A stretch of DNA of 63,859 nucleotides, from positions 124,001 to 187,859 of the forward strand of contig NMRA01000371.1 in the NCBI GenBank assembly GCA_002633005.1. Reading direction: 5' to 3'. Below are positions 1 through 14,265 of this stretch, piece by piece. Each line of letters begins with the position of its first letter. Position 1 is the first letter of the stretch. The notes beneath the pieces were generated by a model. The model did no database searches. It worked only from the letters and a program-made list of their open reading frames with translations, and was not told the origin of the DNA. Made by a program: the position numbers and the translations under genes. The DNA comes from Phoronis australis (lineage: Eukaryota > Animalia > Phoronida).

Positions 1-1514
1 TTTGTTTTTGTTTAATGCAACTTTTACGTTTTTTTCGTAAAAAGCATAAAGGTCCATTTTTGATAGCTCTTCGTGCATGTATTTTGAATTTAAATTGCCT
101 CATTGGGCAACTCGGAACCAGCAACTTTAAATACACTGGGAGAAAATGAAGTCTTTGAACTTTTAAACTCTCATATCTTGCAGGAGACTGAGAAAAAAAG
201 ACGTGCTGCATGCAGTACTTTAATCCCTTTTGTTTTATGACAGTTTAACACTTCATCTTATCAAATGACAAGCAAAGATTCATGTCCTAATCCCACAGAT
301 ATCTAATTACTAATAGGCTACCAATCACCCCATTCTCTGAATTTATAATAATCTATGTTGTATGACAATAGGATAAGCAGAAGGTGTACTGGTAATGTTA
401 TTACACTGCTTTCTACACAGCAGCAATCTTTGTAATACTTGACTTGGTTGTAGTGAAAGTGACTGGTGAATAAACAGGAACATGGAGCGAACCTACCAAA
501 TCAATATACTCTAACCGTCACAATGTTACAAAAAGATCAAATAACATGACTTCACCTTGATTAACACAACGATTAACATTTTGACATTCCAAATACCGTA
601 TTCGCCCTAATAAGCGCCACGGGCGCTTAGAAAAATTCGTTTCGGGGCGGTGCTTATTGTAGCCCAAGGCGGTTGAAACCTGGTCTCTGAAACAGGTGAA
701 ATCTTAAGATTTATCAAATGTATGCTCTGTGACGTATCTGTAAGCTATGACAGACTTTCTACAACATTGTGTAGTCACTACTTACACTTTGGTGGCGCTA
801 CAAAAAATGATTGTTGTGCATTGTTGTTTAGGACCAACACCTCGTTCTCAAGCGTAGTGGTGAATTTGTGCAAGTGAATTGCTATCAAACTCTGTCGTTA
901 GATTGTGTTCATTTTACAGAAAATTGTTAAAAACCCAGGGCAAAAACTTGCGGACTGATGCGTCACTGCCTTGCAATCGTCTATATGGCAACTTGAATGC
1001 TTAAATAAAAATAGTTTCAACTCAACACACTACCTGAAATCCTCCTTAACTTTTCCAAACAGCGTCCCTAAGATTTTTTAAGTTCCTGTGGACTCGGGAT
1101 TAGAAGCAGGTTAAGTCCAAATCTGCGCTAGATCGTGCCATCTATGATCGTACCCCGCAACACGAGAAAATCTCCAGACGAACACACATGTTGTCACATA
1201 ACATTTGTTTTGAAGTTCATCTGCGTGTGTGAGTAAACAAGCGCGTGCATGTCACCAGAGTTCATTTGCCAGAGTAAACGCAATGTAACGAGCTAGATGT
1301 GCATTGTATCTAAAGAAATTAGCACAAGCAGTAAAGCAGAACGTGTTTTATTTAGCACTTGTCGGTCTCATCTGCTAAAAACCGCTTGACAATTGTCTCG
1401 GTAAGGCTGATATTAAATTCACTGAGTCACCGGGTGACTGGATTTGTACGTGATAGTCTGACAGTTATTTTCCATAAGTTTTGGGTGAAAGGGTGCGTAA
1501 GCATTCACTGTGAG

Positions 1515-3505
1515 CAGGGCTCGACGCAATTAAAATCGCCAGGTCGCATTTTGCGACCTAGCCAGAATCCCAGGTTGCATTTCCAAAATCCAGCTCGCAT
1601 TCATAAATGCCAGGTCGCAAAATTTTCCCCGCCATTTTTACGCGCCAAAATTGATTTTAGATCATCGAGAAAATATTTAGACTATGCTCTTTCCTGCCGC
1701 GTTAAATACTCACAAATTTCAGATCCCAAAACTGACTTCGTTCATGCAGATGCAGCGTTACTGTTCTTCACGACCGCCATTGAAAGTCTCTGGAGCGCGA
1801 GTCAAGTTCCCGACGTGAAAGTTGAATTAGTGCTCTCTAACTGACACGTGCATTCGGGTAGCTAAGTTTGTGATTTGAAAAGGGAGAAAATGCCCGTTGA
1901 AAAAGTATCCGGGATTTTGCTAGGTCTGACCTGCTACTGGCTGTCATCAAAGTCGTTAAAGATTCAAACTAACTCCGAGGGCAAATTCCCTCCGCTTTTT
2001 GTTCGCAGTCCAAATTTTGCAACTTAACTCATGTTTGAAAAACGTCTGTCGAAAAACATGCGTGAAACGATGCTTTAACCGAATAAAGAATTCAGTGCAA
2101 ATTTCACAACAAAAATGTGGTACTTATGCTGTTTACGTACTCAACAATTAGTTTTCCATGAAGTGAATAGCCTCCAAATAATTCCCGACTCCCTCTGTGC
2201 GAGTTTCCATCTGGTAATGGCAAGTTTGCTCAATACCTTCCAGGTATGGGAAAAATAGGTCAGTCACAAAACGACAAATATGTCACTAGTGTTAACTTCC
2301 TTTCGGAGGTATAAAACAAAGCCGGGATTTGGTTTTTACATATTGAGAAAAGACGTATTTTGAAAACGGAATTTGTTGTGTAAAATAAGAGTGACACACC
2401 ATATAGACTGCGAGTCAATTTTAAACCACGCGCGGTTGTTTGTAGTGCGATATGATGGGCGCTAGCCTAAACTATGGGCGCTTAATTGGAAATTCTCAAA
2501 AGTTNTAGGGTTTAGAGAACATCGACCTCGAGAAACATCGGAACTGGAAAATATCAGTTCTGGGTTACATCAGTCCCGGGGAATATCGTAAAGCATCAGG
2601 TCTTTTATAACCGCCGGAAATCTATGAGTTCATTTTCAAATAAACCATTGGCACCCGGGTGCTTAACAGAGCCAAGCTGGTATACTCTTTCATTTAGGAC
2701 TGCTGCTATTCTCCTTTGATGTGCAGCTTTGAAACGGTGCGCACGCGTGAGTTCACGCACTTGAATTGCTGGAATAGGCCTACACTTTACGTTGGCATAT
2801 TTCGCGCACGTAGCCCCAGAAACAAGTAATGGGGTTTGAGAATTTCTTGGCAACTGAAAGTAAAGATGTGATCATCGTTTGGGGATTAATAGGTTGTCAT
2901 TTTCACTTTGGCTGTCTTATGAGATAAAAGCGAGGCGCACATATCTAAGTCACGATTGTCTTGCCGGGACCACTTGCACGCTAACAACGGGACCGACCAG
3001 TGCCGCAGTGCGATATCAGGGATATTGTCGTGGATATTTGGTAAATATAATAAGGACATCTTAAGCAAAAAACAAAACATATTTGTCCACCACAAAGTTT
3101 GATAAGTTGATCGTTTAAGAATTAATAGAAACACCGCTGTTTTGTGAGGTTTCATCATGTGTTATGTGGCCCGAAACTTTCTTCGGCAAATCCGGAAATT
3201 TGCAAAAGTGGCCGAAAATGTTAGCCAATGAAACGCGTCAAAGATTGATTCTGCATATCCCATGGTCACGCGACTTGCTTACAAGTCATCGGGAGGGCTC
3301 ACCTCAGTTAGTGGTCTTTTGAACTTGGATTTGGCAACAACCAAGTAATGCCAGGTATCTGCCGAGAAGTGTAAAAACTCAGCTCGCATTCGTTGGAAAT
3401 TCCAGGTCGCATTTTGCGACTTGATACGAGCTGACAAAAATCTCAGCTCGCATTTCCAAATTTCAGGTCGCAAAGGCGACCTGCAGCTCGTTATGTCGAG
3501 CCCTG
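1515..3505. mobile_element. Non-autonomous hAT-like element with 5-bp TSD (hAT5-like), copy 1, nested
   Basis: TIR CAGGGCTCGAC...GTCGAGCCCTG; TSD GTGAG at 1510-1514 and 3506-3510; subterminal CAGGTCGCA/CAGCTCGCA repeats. Confidence 0.8.
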
Positions 3506-3750
3506 GTGAGTGGGTCATTTTATCGGATACTTGACTTTAAAAACACCAATTTTGATTAATGAAGCAACCCCTCTTAAAAATAACGCAAATTTTTCACAGT
3601 ATTAAAAAAACTTTCGGAAATTAGTGCCAATATTTATTTCTTGCTGATGCTATGCTACTCGTTGTAAATAGATAGGTCACAAAGACTGTCTGCGATGACA
3701 GGTATATAGCACGTGCTTCCAAGCCAAGTGCTTTTACCACCAAGTTTTTT

Positions 3751-4079
3751 TATTAGTCTTCGATTTGCGGTTTTCATGTGTACAAAGAAATTTGGAATCT
3801 TGTTGAGAGAAAAAACACGGAATCTGCATGGGAAAGATTCAATCCCATAGACAAGTACACTGTGTTTGTTCTGAAAGGCCAGACCATAGTGGGACACATT
3901 CCTCGCCAGATCAGCAACTTTTGCGTTCTTTTTGAAGCACGGTGGAAGTTTGAAGTGTATAGACATGGCTAAATACTGACGTAATGGCGAGGCTGGTGGT
4001 CTAGAAATTCCGCGCACAATGACTTTTGATTTTTTCAGGACTGTCTGATCTTGTTGATAAATTGAAGATGTTACTGTAG
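3751..4079 (+). pseudogene. HIRAN-like domain pseudogene inside the TA-TSD transposon
   Basis: Across stops and frameshifts: SSICGFHVYKEIW...FNPIDKYTVFVLKGQTIVGHIPRQIS...LKHGGSLKC...GGLEIPRTMTF..SGLSDLVDKLKMLL*. Matches the HIRAN pattern (RG.H.Y, N..D..AV.V, VGH.PR). Confidence 0.7.
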
Positions 4080-4733
4080 AAATTTAGCACTGTAGGTAAG
4101 GCATTTTTGCATGTACATGTTCATGGGCTGGGCGCTTATTTCAGCAAAGTCTGAAAACGCGTGGGGGGGCGGTTATAGGGGCATGATATTTATTAGGGCG
4201 AATACAGTACTTGGAAATGACAATCGTACATTCTGTTACTGGTTGATGTTGAGTTACGCACAAGTATACTGTTCCATCTATTGAGAAATGCCTTTGTGGC
4301 TTGTGACTGCAGCAATAACTAAAATAAACTAAATCGATGCATTTCCACACAAGTTTGTTTTGTGACACTTATGATAACAAGCATTTCCCAAAGGATGACC
4401 AAGTTGTCTGCCGCTGCCCTTGGATATATGTACTTTCAAGGCTATGATTTTATGTGGTATTGTCTTTTTGAGTACACAAGCCACATGAAACACTATATTT
4501 CCAACATATCTAAAATGATCACTCAGTTATAATTCCCCAAATATGCATATGAAATAAAATGAATTTTCATACAGCGTACATGCTGTGATGCTGTTTCAAC
4601 ATTTCTTGTTACAACCTCGAAAACGAGGTCAAGGTGACAAATTCGGATACAGCTGGAAATAACCCACCTACACCACGGTGCAAAATATCAACCAAAAGCT
4701 CTTGTTCTCCATTCGACAATCAACTGTACTTAC

Positions 4734-5596
4734 TTATGCAATTCCTTCGACGTTTCGATTTTTTCCTCCTTGACTTAGTGGGCGTCACCTCCTTACGGAC
4801 TACTTTTGGACTGCTTTGCACAAATTCATTGAAATGGCTGTTAACATGACGTTCTAGTAGCACACGTGAAGAAAACCGCTGCCCACAACCATCAACGATA
4901 CATTTAAATGGCTTAGCACCGCTGTGTGTCAACATGTGGCGCTCCAGCCACGAGTAGGAGCTTGATTGTTTCTCGTACACTTTGCAGCCACTCCAGAGAC
5001 ATGTGACCTTCTCCTTGCTCTTCTGTGTTTCCACGTGCCTCTCCCGTATGTGGTCAAGGAGACACGTGACTTCCACTTCCTGTTGACATTTGGTCCACTT
5101 GCAGATGACCAATTCCTGAGATTTTACATTGTTGTCCTCCTGAGTCACAGCTGGCACGGGAGGTGTGTGCTTTGTTGTTATGCAACCATTCAGTGCAGGA
5201 AACTTCCTGCCATTTGTGTCCTTATGGCTTTTTTGAAAATACACACCATTCTTCGTGTGTATCAATCCGTTGTTTAAACTGTCACCACCGAGTTTACTAA
5301 AACCGTTCCTCATACAAGAGTTCAGCAACCCGATCTTTCCATTCTCTGCTTTTGCTGGCTTGCAAAAGTCTTCGCAGTCCTCCCGACTGTGACCTGGAAT
5401 GACGGAGATGGCTTTGGAGTGTTGTAGAAACCTGTCCTTGAGATCATCTGAATTCATGGCGCTTAGTTTGTTGCACTGACAACTGAGTGAGCGGCGCGCC
5501 GGCGAGCTGGGAACGTTGCCATTGGCAATGACTGGAGTGCGACCCATTTTTGGTGAGCACGAACATTCAAACAGCAGCGGAACAGAGGAAAGATGT
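4734..5596 (-). CDS. AEBP2: AEBP2/jing zinc-finger exon (3 C2H2 fingers + basic KR-rich segment); gene probably continues beyond left edge
   Basis: Acceptor ttttgttgcAG|, donor |GTAAGT at 4733. CLWSGCKVYEKQSSSYSWLERHMLTHSGAKPFKCIVDGC...RHVNSHF followed by KSRRKKSKRRR matches the recalled AEBP2 finger 2-3 and basic region. Confidence 0.92.
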
Positions 5597-8500
5597 CTGC
5601 AACAAAAGATCAGTTTCATTATTTCATTTCAATTACTATTGTCATTAAATATTATCACTACTGTTACTTTTATTGTTCTTCTTCTTATTATTGTTATTGT
5701 TATTATTAAACCAGCTATAAACCTTTGTTCCGTCAGAGAAACTTTTGAAATAAATCACTTAACGCTATAAAACTAGTCTTAACTAGTTTCTTACTCAGAT
5801 GAAACTGGTTGTCTGAGACTTGAAAGACCTGACAGTTGGATGCCAGTCGAGACCATGCTCCGCTGCAGTTAAAGTGACTGGTCATGACAAGCAGACTTGC
5901 TGGCCCTGGTCTAAAGCAGTAATGAACTATCAGAGCTTCCTGAGCCCAGAAATCTTCACACAAGGAACAAGCTGAGATCATTTTCATCAATGAAATTGCT
6001 GCTTTAAAGCCTATCTTCAACGGTAACACATGTAAATTTGGTTCCCACAGTATGTTAAGAGCATCACTCTGAACCCACTAGTGCCATAAATTGCCAAATG
6101 TAACGAACTGTTAGGCGTAGTGGCTCATTTTGTCTACGTCACTGCGAGAATCACCTTTTAATTCAAACAGCTGCGAATAACACCCGCACGCAATGGTGTT
6201 CTATTCAGACCCCTATTCAATACAACCTTTTGTTGTTCGTGCTGAGATCTCGCGGCGACGCAACATGGCACGAAAAGGCAGCTTCACTTATCACTTGACG
6301 GGCTTACATTTACGTGATTGAACTCACGTTTTCTTATTTTACTAAGGCTGTGCTAGGACTATCTGGTTAGCCTAATACATCTAAAGTAACAAAATTCCAT
6401 TGACGTTAGGCTTTAATATCTTCCAAACAGCATGCAAACATCTCACATCAAGACAAACGGGCAATAGGACCACTTCTGAGGCAAGAATATCAAAACAAAG
6501 AAAACGCAAGAGGTGAAGAGTGGACATGGTAGATTCTTGTAACACCCACTTTCGGAATATATATATTTTTTTCAAAGCCTTAGTTATTTTTTCTACAAAC
6601 AAATCCTTCTGCCAACCAATTGCTAACTGTATTATACAGAATACACAGAAGATTTTAGATTGAATAATACCCAAATCAAGTCAACAGCATTAAGAAAACG
6701 GTATATTGCAAACATGACGGACACAGCAAAACACCTCTGCGGGATAAGAAAGAAAACGAAAAACTAAAATAAATATTGGAAGAAAAACAAACACCAAATA
6801 CAGCAACCGGCAACAAGGCAGAAAAGTTTAAACCACTAAATTTTTATGTAGCAATCAATAGTCAAATCTTAAACATTGACTTATTTTTCTTCATGTACAA
6901 TAATACAACCTAAAATTAACTACGCTTAAAATAGGTCTACCTATCAGAATGTCTGACATAACTGTTACTTTCATATGTGTACTGGAATTAAGGAAAAACG
7001 TCTATTACACTTCTGATATGCAACTAAAGTTTATTTACCATTTAAATGGTGTAAATTTAGTCAACAACCAAAACAAAGATCGGTCGTGAAAAACTTGTTT
7101 GCTGGATTTTTATTGTGAAACCATCCATGCAAGATATCACCTATAGCGAGTCACTCCTTAACTGTTTACAAGAAAAAAGTGTTGACAAAAATATTGCTTA
7201 AATACAATAATGACATCAAACAGAACTCATGAACAGTAACATAAATTAACATAAATAACATCCACTATAAAAAATGATAAAGCCATAGAAACTACCACAA
7301 GGCAATATATACACCAAATTATGTCATTTCGTTATCCTACTTTACACATGGCATTTCATACTAAACATGTTCAGTTGGTTTTCCCAAACTTACCTTACGT
7401 ACCAATGGGAGAGATGCTTATAAATTACGAAAAGGAATCAGAAAAGAAAAACCATCACTCGCTTTGCATTTCAGTAGTCTACTTCAGAAACCCATGTTTA
7501 GAATATCATTATGAATAAATAAGTCCATGTGAAACCGACTTTTTTCTTGGGGCATTAAAACTACCTAAAAGCCTACCCTAGTCTGTCGTTGAACAGTGTC
7601 ACATAACACTGGATTTGAATGAAGGGTGAGGGCTGACAACAAAAACCTGCAAGACCATACTGGTTCCATCACCCAGAAAGACAAAGTCAACAACAAAACA
7701 GAGCACAATATCAAAATAACTACATGCATTCTTTAAATTTTCAGATAAAATCACGTTTTCAACGAATTTACAGAACAGTGGTTCTTCATAAGTAGCTCCC
7801 TCACTAAGGCATCATCAACCTACTGCACTGGTCAGTAACATTGCAACATAACCATGACGGATATCAACTACTTCAACTGCCTTTTTATCCGCAGGAAACG
7901 CAACATTGTACAATGAGAAAAGCATTGGCAAAAAGATGCTGGAAACTATAAGCACCCACTGTCATGATCCAAAGAGCAGTAGCAAACAGTAAACCTAATC
8001 ACCTGTTCTCTCCTTGTAAACATGTATCAACGGCCACAACATCTACATATGTACATGTACATACACTCAAGAGTACAACTAGTGTACTGAGTGACTTCTT
8101 GAATTGAGCAGAAGGTAAACAGCCAGTATTGTACTTGATAAAACCACAGCAGAGAGATCTAGGGAAAATAATTACTACAGCAAAGGTGATATACTTTCAT
8201 TTGGTCAAGTTAATTGTTGAAATCTTGTTTACAGAGCAACTCATCAATCACCAAGGCAGCAGAAAGACATGAAAGAGAGAGGATTAACATTCTATGGTGA
8301 TATTAAAATACGAGTCAGGATGAACCACTGTAGTATCAAAGAAGCAAGATTGTTCCGAAAAACATTTCCGTTAACTTACCGATATAATCTGATTATGAAA
8401 ACCCCAACATGACACTTGTAAGTCTTGTAACAGTAGACCAGTCACATGAAAATAACTAGCAATATTAGCTTTACAAACCTGCTGTTTTTATCAATTTCAA

Positions 8501-11500
8501 TTTTATAGAAATTGACTGAAAAAGTTCAGAGACCATATACTGTGAGTAAAATAAGCCAAACTGACTAAAAAAAACTTTCTACAAAGACAAAATTGACCTG
8601 ACGATTGATCACCAGGAAACGTGTACTAATGTTGATGATCTACCAGCCAACACAGTAAACTTGATCCTTTATAAATTAGATTTCACAGTCCAAACTACTA
8701 GGTTAAACAATGCTATTCTCCTCCATTGTGCATGGGCAATGCACCATAGGGGGCTGGGGGGGGGGGACTATAGCTCCCACTTTTTTCAGTGCTGCGCCGC
8801 CCATGTTGTGTCATATGTTGGTGACACTTGTAGTGAAATCATTAAAATGATGGACTTCAATACCAACAACACACCCCTTAAGCTTTTAAATGGAGAAAAC
8901 CAATTCTTAAAAGCCAAGACTGCAAAAGTACATCTTGAACTGATGTAGGTAGTAATCATGTTAGTACAGCAGGTCTGTTCCTGCCAGGCTGGAAACCAAA
9001 CAAAGCTAACCACATCATGACCACAAAACATTTTCTGCAATAAAACAGAATCAGGGCTATTATTTCCAGCACAGACTGTGACAGTTCATAGTGGCTAAGC
9101 TTGTCCTGGTCTCAACCTCCCACACTGAAGGGACTTTGCCATTATTTCCCATTAAGGATTTAGTATGGTGGACTAATATTCTTTACAAGCATTTTAGACC
9201 CAATACAAAAGGCGATTTTGACTGGTCTAAATTTGGTAAGATACTACAGTTAGGACGCGTAAAAAGACCGGCGATCTTACCAAAGTTGATCTGATTACGT
9301 AAGCACAATGCGAAAGGTTTGGTCCAGAATATTTCGCTCGACCATCCTAACTTATCCCCAATTCATGCAAGTGCAAAGTTCTTCCCGCTAGGATACTGAT
9401 ATTAGTATATTACCTATGGAAAAGCTGAAGATTTGTCACATGATTTGCCTAGGAAACTTCTGATTTTTGTCCTTGAAAGGTAGCATTTTCCTTGATTTCT
9501 GCAGCATACATTTGCTAATTTTCCTTGTTAGTGTTTTGTAGAACAAAACACCCTAACTTTGTGCCTTAACTGCATTTCCCGATGTTTTTCCAAAGCTTGT
9601 AGTGTGGAAGTGGATCGAGGAATGGCAGTCTTCACAAATACTCTGCTCACATCCGATCCGCCGGCGTAAAAAAGGCTGCTCTTCTGCAGAGCTCGACGGC
9701 TGCCCAACACTGACCACTGTGACCAGGAATCTTACGGACCAGTGAAAGTTACTACCCTGACTGCCAAGTTGAATTGAAAGTTCTGTTTGCAAATTTTGCT
9801 CCCTTCAAACGTAATTTTTCATTTATTAAGCAGTAGCAGTTCAGTTGGGGAGTGCGTGTTATTAATGACAAAGCTGGATACTAGTCACGATATTTATGGG
9901 GAGCGTTCAGTAACTATCTCGCGTCGAGAAATTCATTCAAAATCACATCCCGTCAAAAACACGCAGTGACAGTCTTGTGAAATCAATTCCTTTTTAGCAC
10001 AACACAAGGGTTACTGCACGCGCCCCAGAATTATCGTCTGCATCTCAGCGAACACGGGACAACCGGGAACGGGCAAGTCCGTCGGTGCCATGAAACACAA
10101 CACTCCAGCAAAGGCATCACCCAGCAGTGCAACAATTTGTAATTCAAACTGTGCACATGGATGCTTTCGAACACTATTTAAGTCAACATTTTATTTTACA
10201 ACATATTGACCTACTAATGCGGATGTGGTAACACTATCTCAAGTCTTAGCAAGCCCACCAAAGGACAAAAAATCAGCATTTTTAATCCCATTTTATGGTC
10301 AAAGTTTATGGGTCAATTGAGTTCAACTACTCTACAGTACAAGTAATTCCTCTTGACCTAGAAATTCCTTAATTAAAGTACCAACCAAGAATAGAAATAT
10401 TTCAGACATAAACGGTTGGAGATCCAGCTCTAGTCTCACACAGATGTTGAACTGATGGCAGCAACTTCTTTACTGACCAAAAACAGCAGATGATTGAAAA
10501 CAGCACACATGCAGAACAGTAAGCCAAGGAGGGACCATGGGTAACTGTAGTCCGTTACAATATGTAAACAGAGACAAAAGGAGCCTGGTCAAGTGTAGTG
10601 TTCATGCTGCACCTGATCAGCATGATCACCAATTAGTACGACTATGGTCCTGCTCTTCAGCTATGAAAAAAGGTCAAGGGTAATTCACAGCATTTACACA
10701 CCAATTAACTATAGGGAAGGTACTAGTCACTAACGAGGGTCCCGTATTTTGAGAACCAGTTTTCTCCGCTGAATAATGGGCATTAATTACTGGTCCTTGA
10801 AATCTGGCACCCCTGTAGGTGAGGAGCAGTTTATTGAACAAGACTAGTTTTTTGGAAAACTATTTTAAAAAATGACTTAAAAATGAAATCAACGGCGCAA
10901 TGAGATACCGGATGCATGTCATGCCAGCCTTGTTTGAAGAAGATTGCAACCACGCTCAATAGGTGTCGTCAACTTGTGACGCATGTGCCAATAATTTTCT
11001 AAAAATTCAACTACTTCCAGTACCACTGCCACCAAATGTTGACCTCCTTTCGCAAGTCATTCGAAGAACCGCTCGTCAAACCATCTGTGAGTGGTTCTAT
11101 ACAACTAATGATACACGTTTAGTCCAAACTATTAGAAGAATCACAATTCAAAACTTTATATTTACCTTACACAAAACAATTTTATTGAATCTAAGCTAGT
11201 GTCAATATTTTCACCAAAAAATACATCTCGAAAATGTTCGACAAACAGGTCCTTTTAATTACATAAATAGCATACAATCAAGATATGAATTATAGGACTC
11301 AAGTGAGAAAATTCTAGACTGGAAACCAGCTGGCACCCCAGCATCCTCTGCAAAAGGTCTTAGAATACACTCTACTTGATGCTCTCTTGATTGTTAGACA
11401 AGCACTCTATGTTCCGATCAGAATTTCACAAGAAACTCTATTCAAGTGTAAGAGAACTTATAGACTTATGGTACACACCTAGGGTCCACTATCTTACCAC

Positions 11501-11665
11501 AAGGGCAATAGTAAGACATTGACCTTGTGGTATTCAGCTTATCAAGGGCGACAATGGAACAATAGTGCTTGACTTTTATCCCTGCTTTGAAGGGCATCAG
11601 CATAATTTGTGATGCACTTATTAGCATTTTGGAAATAGTTATGTCAACTGACTTCCATAGTTTTA

Positions 11666-12291
11666 CAAGGTACCTAAACTACATGGCTGACGGACTGCCG
11701 AATACGGTGTCAGACACAAAAAAACACGACTCACGTACCTACTAACACCATTCACTGACTCACATACATGGGATCGGACTCACAAAACACGACCCATTCA
11801 CCCTAAATACACGGACATGGACTTGCATTCACATAGAAACATGGTACACAGACTGCCAAACTCTCCAAGAAAACATGCCAAATACACAGTCACGGACTCA
11901 TCGGCTTCCCAGGTATGTAGCACGAAATAGAGATTATTACTGCGCAGAAAGGAAATTGACCAATCTTCATGTATTTAGCAACACTTTTGCCTACAAAAAC
12001 TTGGTTTTAGTACAAAAATACAATTTGAGCTAACTTTCACAAGAGACAAATATTTCAAGTCATGCTAAAATCAATTTCAAATGTTCTTTTTTACTTAGCA
12101 TCAACTTAATAGTAAACAGGTCACAAACATCTACCTGAATGGGAGTCTGTGATCATGGGGTGAATGGATTATGTTTTGTGTCCAAACTAGTGTATGTGAG
12201 TCAGTGCACGGTGTTTGCAGGTATGTGAGTTGCGTTCTTGCATTCAACACCGTGTTTGGCAGTCCATTAACCGTGTAGTTTAGGTACCTTG
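11666..12291. mobile_element. MITE with long TIRs and 5-bp TSD
   Basis: CAAGGTACCTAAACTACA...TGTAGTTTAGGTACCTTG, imperfect inverted repeat of >100 bp; TTTTA on both flanks. Confidence 0.8.
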
Positions 12292-14265
12292 TTTTAGCTC
12301 AACAAAAACGACCAACTGACAAGGCATGCTTGTTCATAATAACAGCAATGATATAGTTAATCAGGTGTTTCATATCCTTGAACTCATGGAGACATCAAAT
12401 GCAATATAAAAACAGCATACGGCTTCTATTTGAGAAGGAACAAGATAATCAAGATTTTGAAAGTTTTTGAGATCTTCAGAAGGTTGAGTTCCCACCAAAA
12501 TTCTAGAAATTATCTCCTGAACTAAGAAACATAGCTTTCAACACCTACAACTCCCTGAATATCCTTGCACAACACTGAAGCAATCCCAACTTACCGTAAA
12601 TAACAAAGTAACTTTATTTGTAGCTGATTCAGCATGACTCTTAATAATCAACTAACATGTTATGTGAAAATCTTACAACTTGATCAATGAAATTTAATGC
12701 ATTAACTAAACGAAAAAAGCTGTCTACAATAAGCCATCATATCTGAAGCCCAGCATTTTTGTGAAAACCCACTCGAGTTCCAAATGTTTGTTAAGTCGCA
12801 CTGTAAATTAGATCCCTTGTACAAACATGGCCTCAGCTCGACTGAAGTCAGTCTTTCGTTCACCTGCCATAATGTCAATACTGGATAGTCAATAGTAAGG
12901 GGCCCGGCACAACAAAATCGACAACGATATTGTTTGAGTTGTGACAGGGAATTGAGGACAATATTGACTGAAAAGGCAGAGAAATATTCAAAAAAACCTG
13001 TGCTATACTAACTAAAGAACAACTCAAATAGAGTCCATTCATACAATTTCTTGCGCAAGGTCAAATTGTGCAGAAAGTGCGAGTCTGTGAGAACTGACGA
13101 CCACAGAGCATCGCACTATACTTATGATTGCAACAGTGGAGTTATGATAGCAGCCCCTCTAGTCAACAGGTGTCAGAGCAGTGTTAGATTAAGGTCATAG
13201 GATACCTGCAATATCATGGACCGAATTCCTTAACAACTCTTTAAGAATTAACAGTAGACCTATAACAAATGTACATTCTAAAATTTTTAATGATCACAGA
13301 TTCCTTTCACATGCACAAAAATGCCCAGATGTTATAAGATATGCAACAGACATCATCTATACATACAAGAAATGGACCTTTTTAGTATTATTATTTTTCA
13401 GAAACTGCACTTTGGGCATGTGGCGTTAAATAATTGAAATACATAAGCAGAAGTTTGGGCAACCTCCCCACTAAAAATATACTACTAAGAACCCTCATTG
13501 TACACAGATGCTCATCTAATCAAATTCATATGAAGAGCATCTACTGCTGGCACAAAACAGTTCGCAAAACATGTTTCCCAGAAAAACAACTTGTCCAGCA
13601 ACGTCCACCAAGGTAAAATAAGCACACGTTTTATTTGGTCTTCAAATATACATACAAAATGTATTTTTGGTCAACGAAACACTCTATAATGCAATCACAA
13701 GCTGGTTATAGTAAATAAATCCTGTGGCTACATAGTAGGGCCCGATTGTGTTGTGTGCTGGGGCCTTGAGCTTAGCTTGCTTGATGGATGAGGCGGCACA
13801 GGTCAGGCGTGAATATTCGCATATATTTATGGTTTTTTGATAGCTCCTCATACAAAAGTGGAACATTATGGAAACAATTCCTCAAGAGTGCTTCAGAGAA
13901 CTGTATAAAGCATAGTACCTGAGAGTTTCACATGAATCCGAAAAACCATTTCTGAGATATGATGTTCCAAAGTTAGACACATCTATACATTTTTTAGGGT
14001 CCTACATGACCTACAAAAATAAACTTCTTTACGAATTACTAAATTCACTTGCCTCATCCACAACATTGCACACAAACTTGACACAGGAAACTTTTCTGTT
14101 TACTATTAGCACAATTTGTAATCTTGAATGGACACCTCACTGACCCAGTCAAGTGGCATCTGATCCTTGGGAATGACCTATTGACCCAGATAACATGACC
14201 TCCAGACGGGTCCAGGTAGTACAAATACACAGCTGCTGACAGTTCAGACAGTGAAGTCCAGCAAC

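Larger units (their letters stand above)
596..4207. mobile_element. Tc1/mariner-pogo-type DNA transposon derivative (TA TSD)
   Basis: TIRs CCGTATTCGCCCTAATAA / CTGTATTCGCCCTAATAA (reverse complement of right end), TA at 594-595 and 4208-4209, subterminal GGGCGCTTA motifs. No transposase seen; contains an N join at 2505. Confidence 0.8.

Noticed and set aside
1359-1844. 161-aa ORF as a transposase
   Set aside because: Crosses the hAT-like TIR junction, translates subterminal repeats, has no DDE or BED motifs, and the second copy has a stop in this frame.
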